Below, piece by piece: positions 9,929 to 20,000 of a stretch of DNA of 64,000 nt. The notes below the pieces were generated by a model that made no database searches, was not told the origin of the DNA, and saw only the letters and a list, made by a program, of their open reading frames with translations. This DNA comes from Bythopirellula sp. (lineage in GTDB: Bacteria; Planctomycetota; Planctomycetia; Pirellulales; Lacipirellulaceae): positions 4,448,001-4,512,000 of the forward strand of contig OZ244170.1 in assembly GCA_965216565.1 (NCBI GenBank), written 5' to 3'. The position numbers were made by a program, and so were the translations under genes. Position 1 is the stretch's first letter, and every line of letters begins with the position of its first letter.

Positions 9929-10795
9929 GTGGGCAAGAAAACCGACAAGTGGGATGAGTTATGTAAGCTTGTAGGACGAAAAGATGGTTTGCCTGTCCGC
10001 GAGTCTGGTGCTTGGGCGATAGAGAAACTCCACTATTGGAATCGTTACATTGAAATTGTAACTATGGCCATGGTAGGAAATCCAGCCTGGAGAGCGGGTG
10101 TATGCTACGTCGATTTGTTTTCAGGCCCTGGCGTCTGCGAAATTCGAGGGACTGAAGAAAGAATCCCCGGTTCACCACTACTTGCAGCGTATGCTTCAAA
10201 ACCTTTCACAAAAATTCTTCTTTGTGAAAAAGAAGAAAAACTCTTCGATGCATGTGGCCAGCGACTCTCTCTTAGCCCAGCATCAGATTGTTGTGAGCTG
10301 TTTCTAGGTGATTGCAACGTGGAAATCAATAACATTGTTAGATCACTCCCGGGTCGTGCACTTACAGTAGCATTTCTTGATCCTACGGGATTGCATTTAC
10401 ATTTTGAGACGGTGAAAAAGCTTTCGGCTGATCGGCCGGTTGATCTACTAATCTTGTTTCCTGATGCAGTTGATATTTTGCGAAATGCAGATCATCTATA
10501 TTTCGATCAGCCAGAATCGAAGCTAGACCAGGTGTTAGGCCCCAATTCTGATTGGAGAAAACTTAAAGCTGATTCCAACACTACCGATGGCTCAAGCATG
10601 CGCCGCTTGTACTCAGATATATACAAAAGCCAACTAAGTAAGCTAGCAGGATATAGTCACTTTAGGGATGAAGTTATATCCGGGCCATCTGGGCCCCTAT
10701 ATCGGCTGGTCTATGCCACAAAGCATGAGCGCGGGGTCGATTTTTGGGACAAGAGCGTGGCCAAAGATTCGGGGGGCCAAAAGCGTATGTTCTGA
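9929..10795 (+). CDS. tcmP: Three-Cys-motif partner protein (TcmP family, methyltransferase-like fold)
   Basis: G.WAIEKL, YVDLFSGPG, GSPLLA, GDCN, FLDP, LYRLVYATKH and FW motifs; lies directly after a DUF5131 gene, the characteristic pairing. Confidence 0.8.
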   Translation: MGKKTDKWDELCKLVGRKDGLPVRESGAWAIEKLHYWNRYIEIVTMAMVGNPAWRAGVCYVDLFSGPGVCEIRGTEERIPGSPLLAAYASKPFTKILLCEKEEKLFDACGQRLSLSPASDCCELFLGDCNVEINNIVRSLPGRALTVAFLDPTGLHLHFETVKKLSADRPVDLLILFPDAVDILRNADHLYFDQPESKLDQVLGPNSDWRKLKADSNTTDGSSMRRLYSDIYKSQLSKLAGYSHFRDEVISGPSGPLYRLVYATKHERGVDFWDKSVAKDSGGQKRMF

Positions 10796-10839
10796 ATTCG
10801 AGGAATACGAGCGACATGTTAGCTTGAATCTAGCTTCTT

Positions 10840-13086
10840 CTATGGGGTTTCTTTGGCTTTCGCCTTCTCCTCCGCGGCTGCTTTCAGCATCTCCGGGGAG
10901 ATGCCGCCGGCGGCTTGGATGCTTTGTAGGATTCCGCGAATGGCGGGGTCTTGGGGGCGTCGTGCGTACATTTCGTCGAGCGCCTCCAGTGCCCGGGGCC
11001 AATCTTCCTGACGTTGGCAGATCAGCGCGAGTGCCACCCAGTTGTCGTAAACATTTGGCTCCACGCGGCAGGCTTCTTCAAAGGCTTCTCGGGCTTGCGA
11101 AGTTTGGTCCAACAGAACGTGCAGCATGCCCATTTTGTAGTACGGCACCGAATTGCCAGCGAGGAGTTTAGCGTCGCGCTCGAGCAGCTCGATTTCTTCC
11201 TTTCTCAAGGTGCGTACTTCGTTGGGATCGCCGCCGCTGGTCTCCAAAATGCGTGCCAGCTCCAGCCGGACTCCCGAGAGGTACGGTTCGAGGCGAATAG
11301 CGGTGCGAAGCGAATCGCTGGCTTTATCGTTATCACCCAAGTCCTCAGCCAGTTTGCCAAGGTTAATGTGAGCCGCTGCCCGGTCGAGCACTAACTCTTG
11401 CGCCTGGCGATACTCGACGATGGCGTCCTGCAGCGGTTCTTCGAAGCGTGAGTCCATTAGCTCGGATGCTTCGCGGACGAGACGCTGCGCTGCCGCGAAG
11501 CGAACGATGCGAACCGGGTCATGCAACTTTTGGGAAATCTCGGCGACGTAGCGCTTTACGCCACCGCTAGACATCGCTCCCAATGCTGCTGCGCGAACCA
11601 GTGGACTATTGTCGTCGAAGTATTGCAGCGTGGTTTTATCCACGTCCACCGCTCCGTAGTTATCCATGAGTTCAACCGCCGTCGCTCGGGCGATTGCCGG
11701 CGATTCGCGTCGGCGGAGCACTTTTTCTAATTCCTTGAGTCCCGAGGGAACGGAGCGTTCCGCGGCTGCTAGAGCCGTTGCGTAGTGCGGATCGTTGGGA
11801 CGTTTGTCGCCATACCAATCGCGAACAATCTGCGCTGCCCAAGCGGCGTCTTCGCCAGGTTTATTGTGGCAATCGTTGCAGACATTGGGGACGCCCAGTT
11901 TTTCAGTCAGGTCGGGTCGGGGCACACGCATGCTATGGTCCCGCCGATCGTCAATCACCATGTACAGGGACGACGGCATGTGACACGTCACGCATTGCGT
12001 GGCCACCTCGTCCTGGTGACGATGATGGGCAAAGCCATCGTACTTACCCGGCTGATGGCACTGGGTGCAGAGGCGATTGTCCTCGAACTTAAGTTTGAGC
12101 GAATGCGGATCGTGGCAGTCGCTGCAGCGGACGCCTTCGCGATACATGCGACTTTGTAGGAACGAGCCGTACACATACACTTCGTCATGAATCTGCCCGT
12201 CAGCATGATAGAGCCCAGAGCGTAACAAGGCAGGTTCGTAGTAGTCGAGAAAATTTTCGCCCCCATGAAAATCGGCATGGAGCACCGTCCGACGCGAATG
12301 GCACGGGGCACAAGAGTCGATCTGCGGATCGTTCGAAACGCTTTTTAGCTTTGCCAAACCGTAGCCGTGGTTGCGGTCCCAAAACAGCGACTTGCTCTCG
12401 GCCATTTCCACGTGCATGCTCGCCGGACCGTGACACGTTTCGCAACTGACGTCGATTTCTGAATAGGTGGTGTGATAGGAGTTTGTCGCCAGGTCGTAGT
12501 TTTTCTGCAGGTTGGTGGAATGGCACTCGGCGCACATCGTGTTCCAGTTCTGGCCGATGCCAGTCCAGTGGAGCGGGTCGCCCGGTTCGATGCGTTCGTC
12601 AACCACGTCGGTGGGATACACGTAGAACCATTCGCTGTTGCGCGTGTCCCAGGAAATGCGGAGCACCTGCACTCGCCCATCGGGAAACTCCACCATGTAC
12701 TGTTGCATCGGTTCGATGCCGAAGGTGTACTTGATGTGGAAGTCTTGCATCTCTCCGTCAGGACCTTCGGTATGCACAAAGTATTTGCCGTCGCGAGTGA
12801 AAAAACGGCTCTCGACACCGAATCGTTCGAAGGTTGCGTCGTCGAAGTCTCCGACCACGTTCTCCTCGTTTGCCAATTCCATGGCGCGATCGTGGTGCGA
12901 GCCTTGCCAACGGGCTAGCTCAGTTTGATGGCAGCTGGCACACGACTTTCGGCCCACATAGGTGGACACCGCGTCCTTGGGATAGGCGACATACCAATCA
13001 GCCGCGCACCAGGCGGCGACCACGACGAGAATCGCGAGAGGAACGATCAGACGAGTCCCGGAGAACAGTCCTGGGGATTGCTTCAT
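10840..13086 (-). CDS. Multiheme (8 CxxCH) cytochrome c with HEAT and TPR repeats
   Basis: N-terminal membrane anchor; CASCH, CAECH, CETCH, CAPCH, CSDCH, CTQCH, CVTCH and CNDCH; HEAT-like (PLVRAAA, DPVRIVRFAAA) and TPR C-terminus. Confidence 0.9.
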   Translation of the reverse strand: MKQSPGLFSGTRLIVPLAILVVVAAWCAADWYVAYPKDAVSTYVGRKSCASCHQTELARWQGSHHDRAMELANEENVVGDFDDATFERFGVESRFFTRDGKYFVHTEGPDGEMQDFHIKYTFGIEPMQQYMVEFPDGRVQVLRISWDTRNSEWFYVYPTDVVDERIEPGDPLHWTGIGQNWNTMCAECHSTNLQKNYDLATNSYHTTYSEIDVSCETCHGPASMHVEMAESKSLFWDRNHGYGLAKLKSVSNDPQIDSCAPCHSRRTVLHADFHGGENFLDYYEPALLRSGLYHADGQIHDEVYVYGSFLQSRMYREGVRCSDCHDPHSLKLKFEDNRLCTQCHQPGKYDGFAHHRHQDEVATQCVTCHMPSSLYMVIDDRRDHSMRVPRPDLTEKLGVPNVCNDCHNKPGEDAAWAAQIVRDWYGDKRPNDPHYATALAAAERSVPSGLKELEKVLRRRESPAIARATAVELMDNYGAVDVDKTTLQYFDDNSPLVRAAALGAMSSGGVKRYVAEISQKLHDPVRIVRFAAAQRLVREASELMDSRFEEPLQDAIVEYRQAQELVLDRAAAHINLGKLAEDLGDNDKASDSLRTAIRLEPYLSGVRLELARILETSGGDPNEVRTLRKEEIELLERDAKLLAGNSVPYYKMGMLHVLLDQTSQAREAFEEACRVEPNVYDNWVALALICQRQEDWPRALEALDEMYARRPQDPAIRGILQSIQAAGGISPEMLKAAAEEKAKAKETP

Positions 13087-13332
13087 GCTTGGTTAGGAGG
13101 AAAGTGAGTTTCGGTGCCGTGGAACGCGATTAATACCATTGTACTCGCTCCGAAGAGAAACGGCACCTGGGTAGTCGCGACAACACTAAAGGTGGATGAA
13201 CCACGAAGACACAAAGGGCACGAAGAGCTAACAGGTGTATTACACGAACGAATTAACATTCGTTTACGGTTGTTGCTGTCGAAATCGATTGAGTCGAGCT
13301 GAGAAGATAGCCCCGATAGGGCGACAGACGAT

Positions 13333-14982
13333 CTACCCCACCATCACACCTTCTCGCTCATCTTTCGAGCTGAACTCTGTCTTCGTGCTATCGAATATCT
13401 GTTGGAAGGCATCTGGGCGGACAGCCTTTTGGGAATGCCGGCGGAAAGGGTGTTCGGTTTCTAGTCCCGATTGCTCGACGATTTCGCATGCCAGGGTTTC
13501 GAGCTGGGCGACGTTGGCTGCGAATTGGCGGAAGTATTCGCCGCGGGTTCGTTCCTCTAAGAGCCGCGTGTTCATTTCGCGGATGATCGGCATCTCTGAG
13601 ATGTTGACCGTGCCTGTGGCGGGGAGATCAGCGGTGTCGGCGTGCCACTCGCGGAAGAATTCTTGCATGAATTCGTTGAGCTTGCCCAGTTTGGAGAGTC
13701 GCGACAGGTTCCGCAGGTACATGGTCTGTTCGCACATGCGTCCCTGCATGAAAATGAACGCGGTGATCGACCAGTAGACGAGATAGTCCCAAAGAATTTT
13801 CACTGGCATGACGTTGGGATTGCCGAACATGCAGTATTGGTCCTGATAGGCCTTGGCCGTGCCGTAGTAGAAGCGTTTGAAAATTCGATCGTACGAAAAA
13901 GCACGAATGCGGAACTCTTTGCCGGTGAGGTCGCGGCGAATGAGATCGGTGAGGAACGTGTTGGAGAAGGCGATGAAATCGCTACCGGGGGAGTAGAAGG
14001 GATCGTGAAAAAATCCCGCCTCGCCGGTGATGCCCCAGCGATGCCCGGAGAATACCTGTTTGCATTCGACCGAGTAGTGCTTGATGGCACGGAAGTCTTG
14101 GACGTCGTCAATATGGGCTCGGGCGGCGGCGGCGCATTGGGGTTCGTGCTTGTCGAGCCAGGCGAGCGATTTTTCTAGCGAATTGATATCCGAGAGGTCG
14201 TGGTACTCTTCGGCAGCGACAATGCCCATGCTGGTGGAACCCGAGGCAAGTGGAATCAACCACACCCAATAGCCCTGGCCCATGAGGTGATTGGTGCTGA
14301 AGAAGCGAGCCGTTTTGTCGGCGTGCCCCTCGCTCCACTGGGGATCGTTGCACCAGTCGTCGATCTTGATGTGTTTTTTGAACCGGAACCAGGCGGAGTT
14401 GGCAACGTGGGGCGAGTCCTTCGCCAGATCGAGTTCCCTTTTCAAAAAGCAACGTCGGCCACTGGCATCGACTACCCAGCGGGACTCGACCGATTGCGCG
14501 CCCGCGTTGGTGTGAAAATCGACGCGATGCGACGAGCCGAGACGGCCCATATCGATATTTTTGATGTCGGCCTCGTCAATAAAGCGAATGCCACGTGCCA
14601 GGCACTCGTCGGCCAGGTAGTTTTCGAATCGGCCCCGATCGAGTTGGTAGCTGGGACACGGCGCGTAACGTTTGCCGCCGAGTTCTAAGCGATTCTCGAT
14701 TTGAGAGTTATCACCCGAGGGGAAGAAGAACCGTAGACCGAGTTTGGGTAGCTGATCTTTCAAGATGTGATCGCGGAGGCCCAAGATGCGGCCAAAGTAG
14801 TGCGCTGCGACTTCCACGGTCGACTCGCCAACTTTATGGGCCGCCTCGGGCACGGGATGCTCACGCTTCTCCAATACAGTGATGGACGCTTCCCGCAGCG
14901 ACTGTCGTACTTGCAGCGCCAGCGACAGCCCCGCGAGTCCGCCGCCAAGGATGGTGAGATCTTGTTTTTGTTGGTCCATCAC
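13333..14982 (-). CDS. Flavin-dependent halogenase-like enzyme (copy 2)
   Basis: GGGLAG FAD motif, [15 protein letters not shown] Lys, DASGR, YWVWLIP (WxWxIP) and DPFYSPG. Confidence 0.85.
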   Translation of the reverse strand: MMDQQKQDLTILGGGLAGLSLALQVRQSLREASITVLEKREHPVPEAAHKVGESTVEVAAHYFGRILGLRDHILKDQLPKLGLRFFFPSGDNSQIENRLELGGKRYAPCPSYQLDRGRFENYLADECLARGIRFIDEADIKNIDMGRLGSSHRVDFHTNAGAQSVESRWVVDASGRRCFLKRELDLAKDSPHVANSAWFRFKKHIKIDDWCNDPQWSEGHADKTARFFSTNHLMGQGYWVWLIPLASGSTSMGIVAAEEYHDLSDINSLEKSLAWLDKHEPQCAAAARAHIDDVQDFRAIKHYSVECKQVFSGHRWGITGEAGFFHDPFYSPGSDFIAFSNTFLTDLIRRDLTGKEFRIRAFSYDRIFKRFYYGTAKAYQDQYCMFGNPNVMPVKILWDYLVYWSITAFIFMQGRMCEQTMYLRNLSRLSKLGKLNEFMQEFFREWHADTADLPATGTVNISEMPIIREMNTRLLEERTRGEYFRQFAANVAQLETLACEIVEQSGLETEHPFRRHSQKAVRPDAFQQIFDSTKTEFSSKDEREGVMVG

Positions 14983-15016
14983 TGGTTTGTCCTAGTTATG
15001 GTTATTCTTGCGCTGT

Positions 15017-15118
15017 GGAATCGAGAAAAAATAACTTCCGTTTTTTATTAGTTCCCCTCACCCTACCCTCTCCCCAAAGGGGCGAGGGACAGGGGAGAAG
15101 TTATTTTTTCTCGATTCC
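15017..15118. repeat. MITE-like element: perfect 22-bp inverted repeats enclosing a CCCTC-type palindrome
   Basis: GGAATCGAGAAAAAATAACTTC (15017-15038) and its exact reverse complement (15097-15118) flank CCCCTCACCCTACCCTCTCCCCAAAGGGGCGAGGG. Confidence 0.75.
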
Positions 15119-15130
15119 CAGGTTGTTGTT

Positions 15131-15211
15131 GTAGGGTGCGTGGAGCAAAGCGCAACGCACCTGGGTTAAGTTTCCACTTCGTGCGTTTCGTTATCACTTC
15201 ACGCACACTAC
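15131..15211. repeat. GTAG-type REP doublet
   Basis: GTAGGGTGCGTGGAG..AACGCACC followed by the inverted copy GTGCGTT..TTCACGCACACTAC. Confidence 0.7.
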
Positions 15212-15216
15212 GATTC

Positions 15217-16863
15217 TCATATATTCAAAACCTCAAACACGCCATCCAAACGGTTCTCGCTTGCGTGCGAGTTGGGGAGTTCGATTTTCAATTCTGGCTG
15301 AGTTTTTTGGATTCGTTCGGTGATTTCCACCATCAAATCGCGGATGATCTGTACGTTGGCTTCAAAGCGTTGCTTCAAGGTGGCGTCGTCCACCGCTTCG
15401 CGCAGTTCGGCATTGAGCCGGGTCATTAATTCGATTTCGCTTTGGTCGACGAATCCCGCATCGGCACTATCAACGGGGTCGGCCTCGTGCCAATTGCGGA
15501 AAAACTCCTGCATGTTTTTGTTCATCTCGCGGATGTCTTCGATGCCTCCCGAGAGCGAGCGAATGAAGCTGATGTCGGTGAGTTTGTCGTTGAAGTACAG
15601 CAATGCTGGAAAGCCCCAGTAAACGGCGTAGTCCCACACAAACTTAAGCGCCATGATCCGCGGATTGCCAAACAGTGGGTATTGGTCCCGATAGGTAAGC
15701 AGGTTGTTGTGGAACAGTGTGAGGAAAATGCTCTGCAGAGTGGGTGCTGAATGCTCGATGGAATGGCCAGCGAGATCGTCATCGATGAGCTTGGTGATCA
15801 TCGTGTTGCCGATGGCAATGAAGTCGCTGCCAGGGGAATAGAACGGATCGAGCAATGCAGCAGCTTCGCCGGTGAGGGCCCAGCGGTCGGCCGAGAAGAC
15901 CTGTCGGGCGCCGCGGGCGATTTTTTTGATTGCAAGAAAGTCTTGCATCTTGTCGCGATGAGCTTCGACTTGCTCAGCACATTCTGGCTCGTGATGGTGC
16001 AGCCACTCGATGGCCTTCTCGAAGCTGTTCATTTCGGAAAGTGGATGAATCCGCGGGTCGGCGACGATGCCGATGCTGGTGGAGCCAGTCGCCAGGGGAA
16101 TAAGCCACACCCAATAGCCGGCGCCCATGAGGTGATTGGTGCTAAGCCAGCGACGAGGCACCTTGCCGGTGAGAGTTTGCCAATCAGGATCGTCACACCA
16201 CTGATCGATCTGGACTTCCGCGTCGAGCCGAAACCAGACGGCATTGATGTCGTGGCCCAGGTCTTCTTCCAGCTCGAGTTTTCGCTTGAGCAAACTGGCT
16301 CGACCGCTGGCGTCGACCAACCAACGAGCGTTGATCCTGTTTTCGTTACCGTCCTGCTCGAACCGCACTTGATGTGCGGAGTGTTCGCCCGGTTCGCTGT
16401 CCGAGTGAATCCCAATTTCTTTCACCTGGGAACCAGAGTAAATGGTGGCTCCCTGTTCCTGCACCGCATTGGCAAGGTAATTCTCCAGCCGGCCCCGATC
16501 GACCTGATAGCTGGGGGCGGAGAAAAATTCGCTGCCGCCCACTTCGGTGCCTTCAGCGAGCGTTTGGTGCGTGTCTTTAAAAAAGAACCGTAGGCCAAAT
16601 TTTGGCAGTTGATGGTCGGTTAGGTGTTTCTTGAGTTGTAGTTGTTCCCCAAAGTAGTGTGCGCCGATTTCCACCGTCGACTCGCCAACTTTGTGAGCCG
16701 CTTCAGGGACGGGGAACGTTTGTTTTTCGATCACCGCGATCCGCGTTTCGGGACGCTTCATCAGTAGTTGCTTGGTCAGCGTCAAACCGGCCAGGCCTCC
16801 ACCGAGGATGGCCACGTCGTATTGAGAGTCTTCCGTCATGTTGTTTCTGCTTGTGTTAGACAC
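15217..16863 (-). CDS. Flavin-dependent halogenase-like enzyme (copy 1)
   Basis: [39 protein letters not shown] and DPFYSPG; clear paralogue of 13333-14982. The start may be MTEDSQ (16839). Confidence 0.85.
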   Translation of the reverse strand: MSNTSRNNMTEDSQYDVAILGGGLAGLTLTKQLLMKRPETRIAVIEKQTFPVPEAAHKVGESTVEIGAHYFGEQLQLKKHLTDHQLPKFGLRFFFKDTHQTLAEGTEVGGSEFFSAPSYQVDRGRLENYLANAVQEQGATIYSGSQVKEIGIHSDSEPGEHSAHQVRFEQDGNENRINARWLVDASGRASLLKRKLELEEDLGHDINAVWFRLDAEVQIDQWCDDPDWQTLTGKVPRRWLSTNHLMGAGYWVWLIPLATGSTSIGIVADPRIHPLSEMNSFEKAIEWLHHHEPECAEQVEAHRDKMQDFLAIKKIARGARQVFSADRWALTGEAAALLDPFYSPGSDFIAIGNTMITKLIDDDLAGHSIEHSAPTLQSIFLTLFHNNLLTYRDQYPLFGNPRIMALKFVWDYAVYWGFPALLYFNDKLTDISFIRSLSGGIEDIREMNKNMQEFFRNWHEADPVDSADAGFVDQSEIELMTRLNAELREAVDDATLKQRFEANVQIIRDLMVEITERIQKTQPELKIELPNSHASENRLDGVFEVLNI

Positions 16864-16872
16864 AGTGAGTTT

Positions 16873-16992
16873 TTAGCCGCAAAACGCGAGAAACCCCTCC
16901 CCTAGCCCCTTCCCCGCAGACGGGGGAGAGGGATTTAGGTGATCACCCTAAAGTTAAGGCTTCGTCAGTCTTTTTGTGCTTTTCGTGGCAAT
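16873..16992. repeat. Composite palindromic element (degenerate outer arms with a CCCTC-type hairpin inside)
   Basis: Outer arms TAGCCGCAAAACGCGAGAAA and TTTTTGTGCTTTTCGTGGCAA. The inner CCCTCCCCTAGCCCCTTCCCCGCAGACGGGGGAGAGGG resembles the 15054-15088 unit. Confidence 0.55.
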
Positions 16993-17024
16993 AATAGCCC
17001 CGGGTGTTGTGGAATCTTTCTTCA

Positions 17025-20000
17025 CTAACTTGGAACCGACTCGGCAACTTCCTGCACGTGGTCGGCGATTTCGGTGATCCAATATCTTTGTTTTTGGAAG
17101 GGATAGTTGGGTAAGGCAATTCGCTGGCGTGCCCAGGGCTTGTCGAGGGCTGGGAAATCGGGGTTGAAGCCTGACTGATACAATTGTCCCAATGCCGCTA
17201 GTAAGGAACTGCTAGCGTGTGTGTCGCTCGACAGGCTGGGGATGAACCGCGAGGCACTGGCAGCGGTTAACTGTTTCGAGAATTCGTTCATCGAATCCTC
17301 GGGCCCGACTCCCAGTACATATTGGGGATTCGTTGAGTGGAGCACTTCAAGTGCGGCATCACTTGGCGATTCAATGCAGTGGCGACGCCAGTAGCTGCCG
17401 CCCAACGACCGATGGACCGGAATCAACTGGGCATCCAAGCTGCACACTAGCGGCAAGTTCGGCGGATAGTAATTGAACGTATCGGCTAATGCCTCGAATC
17501 GATCGAGGGCAGCACGCTGGTCGTCATTCAAATCGGATTCGTCACTGGAAGGTGGAATATCGAATTCGCTTTGCAATCGTAAACGTTCTGCGATTAACAC
17601 CAGCGCGTCGAAGTAGCAAAGCCCCCCGGCAGCACAAGTCGCTGTGTATTGCCCGATTCCCGTGCCGAACACGGCGTCGGGTTCAATTCCCCACGATTGC
17701 CAAAGCTTGGCGATGCCTGCTTGTAAGGCGTAGAGATGCAGGTCGTTGGTTTCTGGGGGTTCGTGGTGATCAGCGGAGAACCAATCTTGTAGTTGCGAAG
17801 GTAATAGATCGCCCCCAGCGAAGTGGTCTGCCAGCCGCTTATCGAATTCGGTGATGAGACTGCGGAACTCAGGTTCTGCACTGTAGAGCTGGCGGCCGGC
17901 GGTGAGGTCGTCCGAAGCAGTGCCCGCGAAGACGCAGGCGACTTTTGCCGTGGAGGAAGCGGTGGGCGTGCCAGATTTCTTGCCATTGCCATTCACACTG
18001 TAGGCACCGTTGACTTCGGCTTGATTGGCCTTTGCTGCCAGGCGTTCGGACTCCTCGGTGAGCAAACGGTCGAGCCCGTTCAGGAGTTGTTCGCGCGACT
18101 CCGCCAGCAGGGCCACGCGGTGCTCGTGATGGCGGCGACCGACCCCGGCGGTATGGCAGATATCGGCGAGATCCGATTCTGGGTTGGTATCAATGAACTG
18201 GCGATAACGCTGGGCTAACTCGATGAGCGCTGCCGGACTGCGGGCACTGAGTGGGAGTAGATTGGCTGGCCGCTGCACTTCGGGGGCAGGCTCTTCGGCT
18301 GCAGTTTCGTCCGACTGCTCTGCAGAACTCAAGATCACATGAGCGTTGGTGCCGACTAGTCCCAAAGCAGTTACCCCGGCAACCCGTTGTTCTGCCTCGG
18401 GCCAAGCGGTTTGGTCGTTAACTACCTGAACGGGCAGACGCGACCACGGAATATGGGTGCTTGGTTTTTCGAAGTGCACCTGCCGTGGGATTACGCCGCT
18501 ATCGAGTGCGAGCACCGTCTTGATCAAACCAGAGATGCCGCCGGCCGCTTCCAGATGGCTGATATTCGCTTTGACCGAACCGACCAATAGCGGCTGGTCG
18601 CGCTTCCGGCCTTTGCCATAGACAGTTGCTGCGGCACCAAGTTCCATGGCATCGCCAAACTCGGTGCCTGTGCCGTGTGCTTCCAAATATTGCACTTCAC
18701 CTGGTGCGACGCCAGCGTCTTTGATTGCCTCACCAATCATACGGGATTGAGAGCGTCCGCTGGGCGAAGTGATACCGCCACTGAAACCATTGTGTACGAT
18801 CGCCCCGCCGCGGATCACGGCAAGCACACGATCGCCTTGGCGCTGGGCGTCGCTGAGTCGCTTGAGCACCACTACGCCGCAACCTTCGCCACGACCAAAA
18901 CCATTGGCCTCGGCTGAGAAAGATTTGCAGCGGCCATCGGGCGCCAGCAGTCCCGCTTTGCTCATCAACAGTGAATTCACCGGAGCGAGAATCGCGTTCA
19001 CCCCACCAGCCAGTGCCATGTTGCAATTGCCATCTTGCAAGCTGCGGACCGCTTGCAGCACAGCCACCAGGGAACTGCTGCTAGCCGTATCGACGGCGAT
19101 ACTGGGACCTTCGAAACCAAAGATGTAACTAATCCGACCGACACCGGCACTATGCGAGAGCCCCGCCCCTTGGAAGGCCTTGATGATTTCCTCGTCGCCA
19201 AGCCGCGGCAGGAACGCATAGTCCTGTCCCATGATGCCCATGAAGACGCCCACATTGGCGTCGGCCAGTGGTTGTGTGGCGATGCCGGCATGTTCCAGGG
19301 CGTGGTAGCTGTTTTCCAAGAGCAACCGATGTTGTGGGTCAATCCAGCAGGCTTCTTGTGCAGAGATATTGAAAAACTCAGGATCGAATTGGCCTATATC
19401 TTCGAGAAACCCTCCTTCGCGGGTTGGCATTTTGCCCGGGGCGCCCTCAGCATCGTAGAAGTGTTCGATATCCCATCGGTCTGCGGGTATCTCATTTACA
19501 GAATCAACGCCCTGCAGCAGGTTGTCCCAAAACTCGTCGAGATTGTGAGCCCCAGGGAAGCGACAACTCATGCCTACGATGGCGATGTCTTCGCGAGCTT
19601 GCGGCGCGATGTGCGGAGCGTCTGTTGCGGATGCCGCGATGGCAGATGGTTCGGCAGATTCTTCTTCTCCCTGCCCGACGATCATTTCCAGTAGATAATC
19701 GGTGATGGCATCGATGGTTGGATGCTCGAAGAACATGGTCGGACCGATGGCAATGTCATCGCCTAGCAAGCGCGCCAGTTCCGTGCCGAACTCAACGGCC
19801 ATCAGCGAGTCGAGGCCCATTTCGATGAGTGGACGATCGGTTTCCGGCGCTTCGCTGCTAGAGAGGATCTCTCCGATGGTGCCCTGGATGGTCGCCAGCA
19901 GGAGTTCGCGCTGGTCTGGACCGCGTAGTTTCTTGAGCTTTGTGACCAGCTCCGAGTCGCCACTTTGACGGCGACGCGTGGCAGGCATCAGTTCTGCGAG

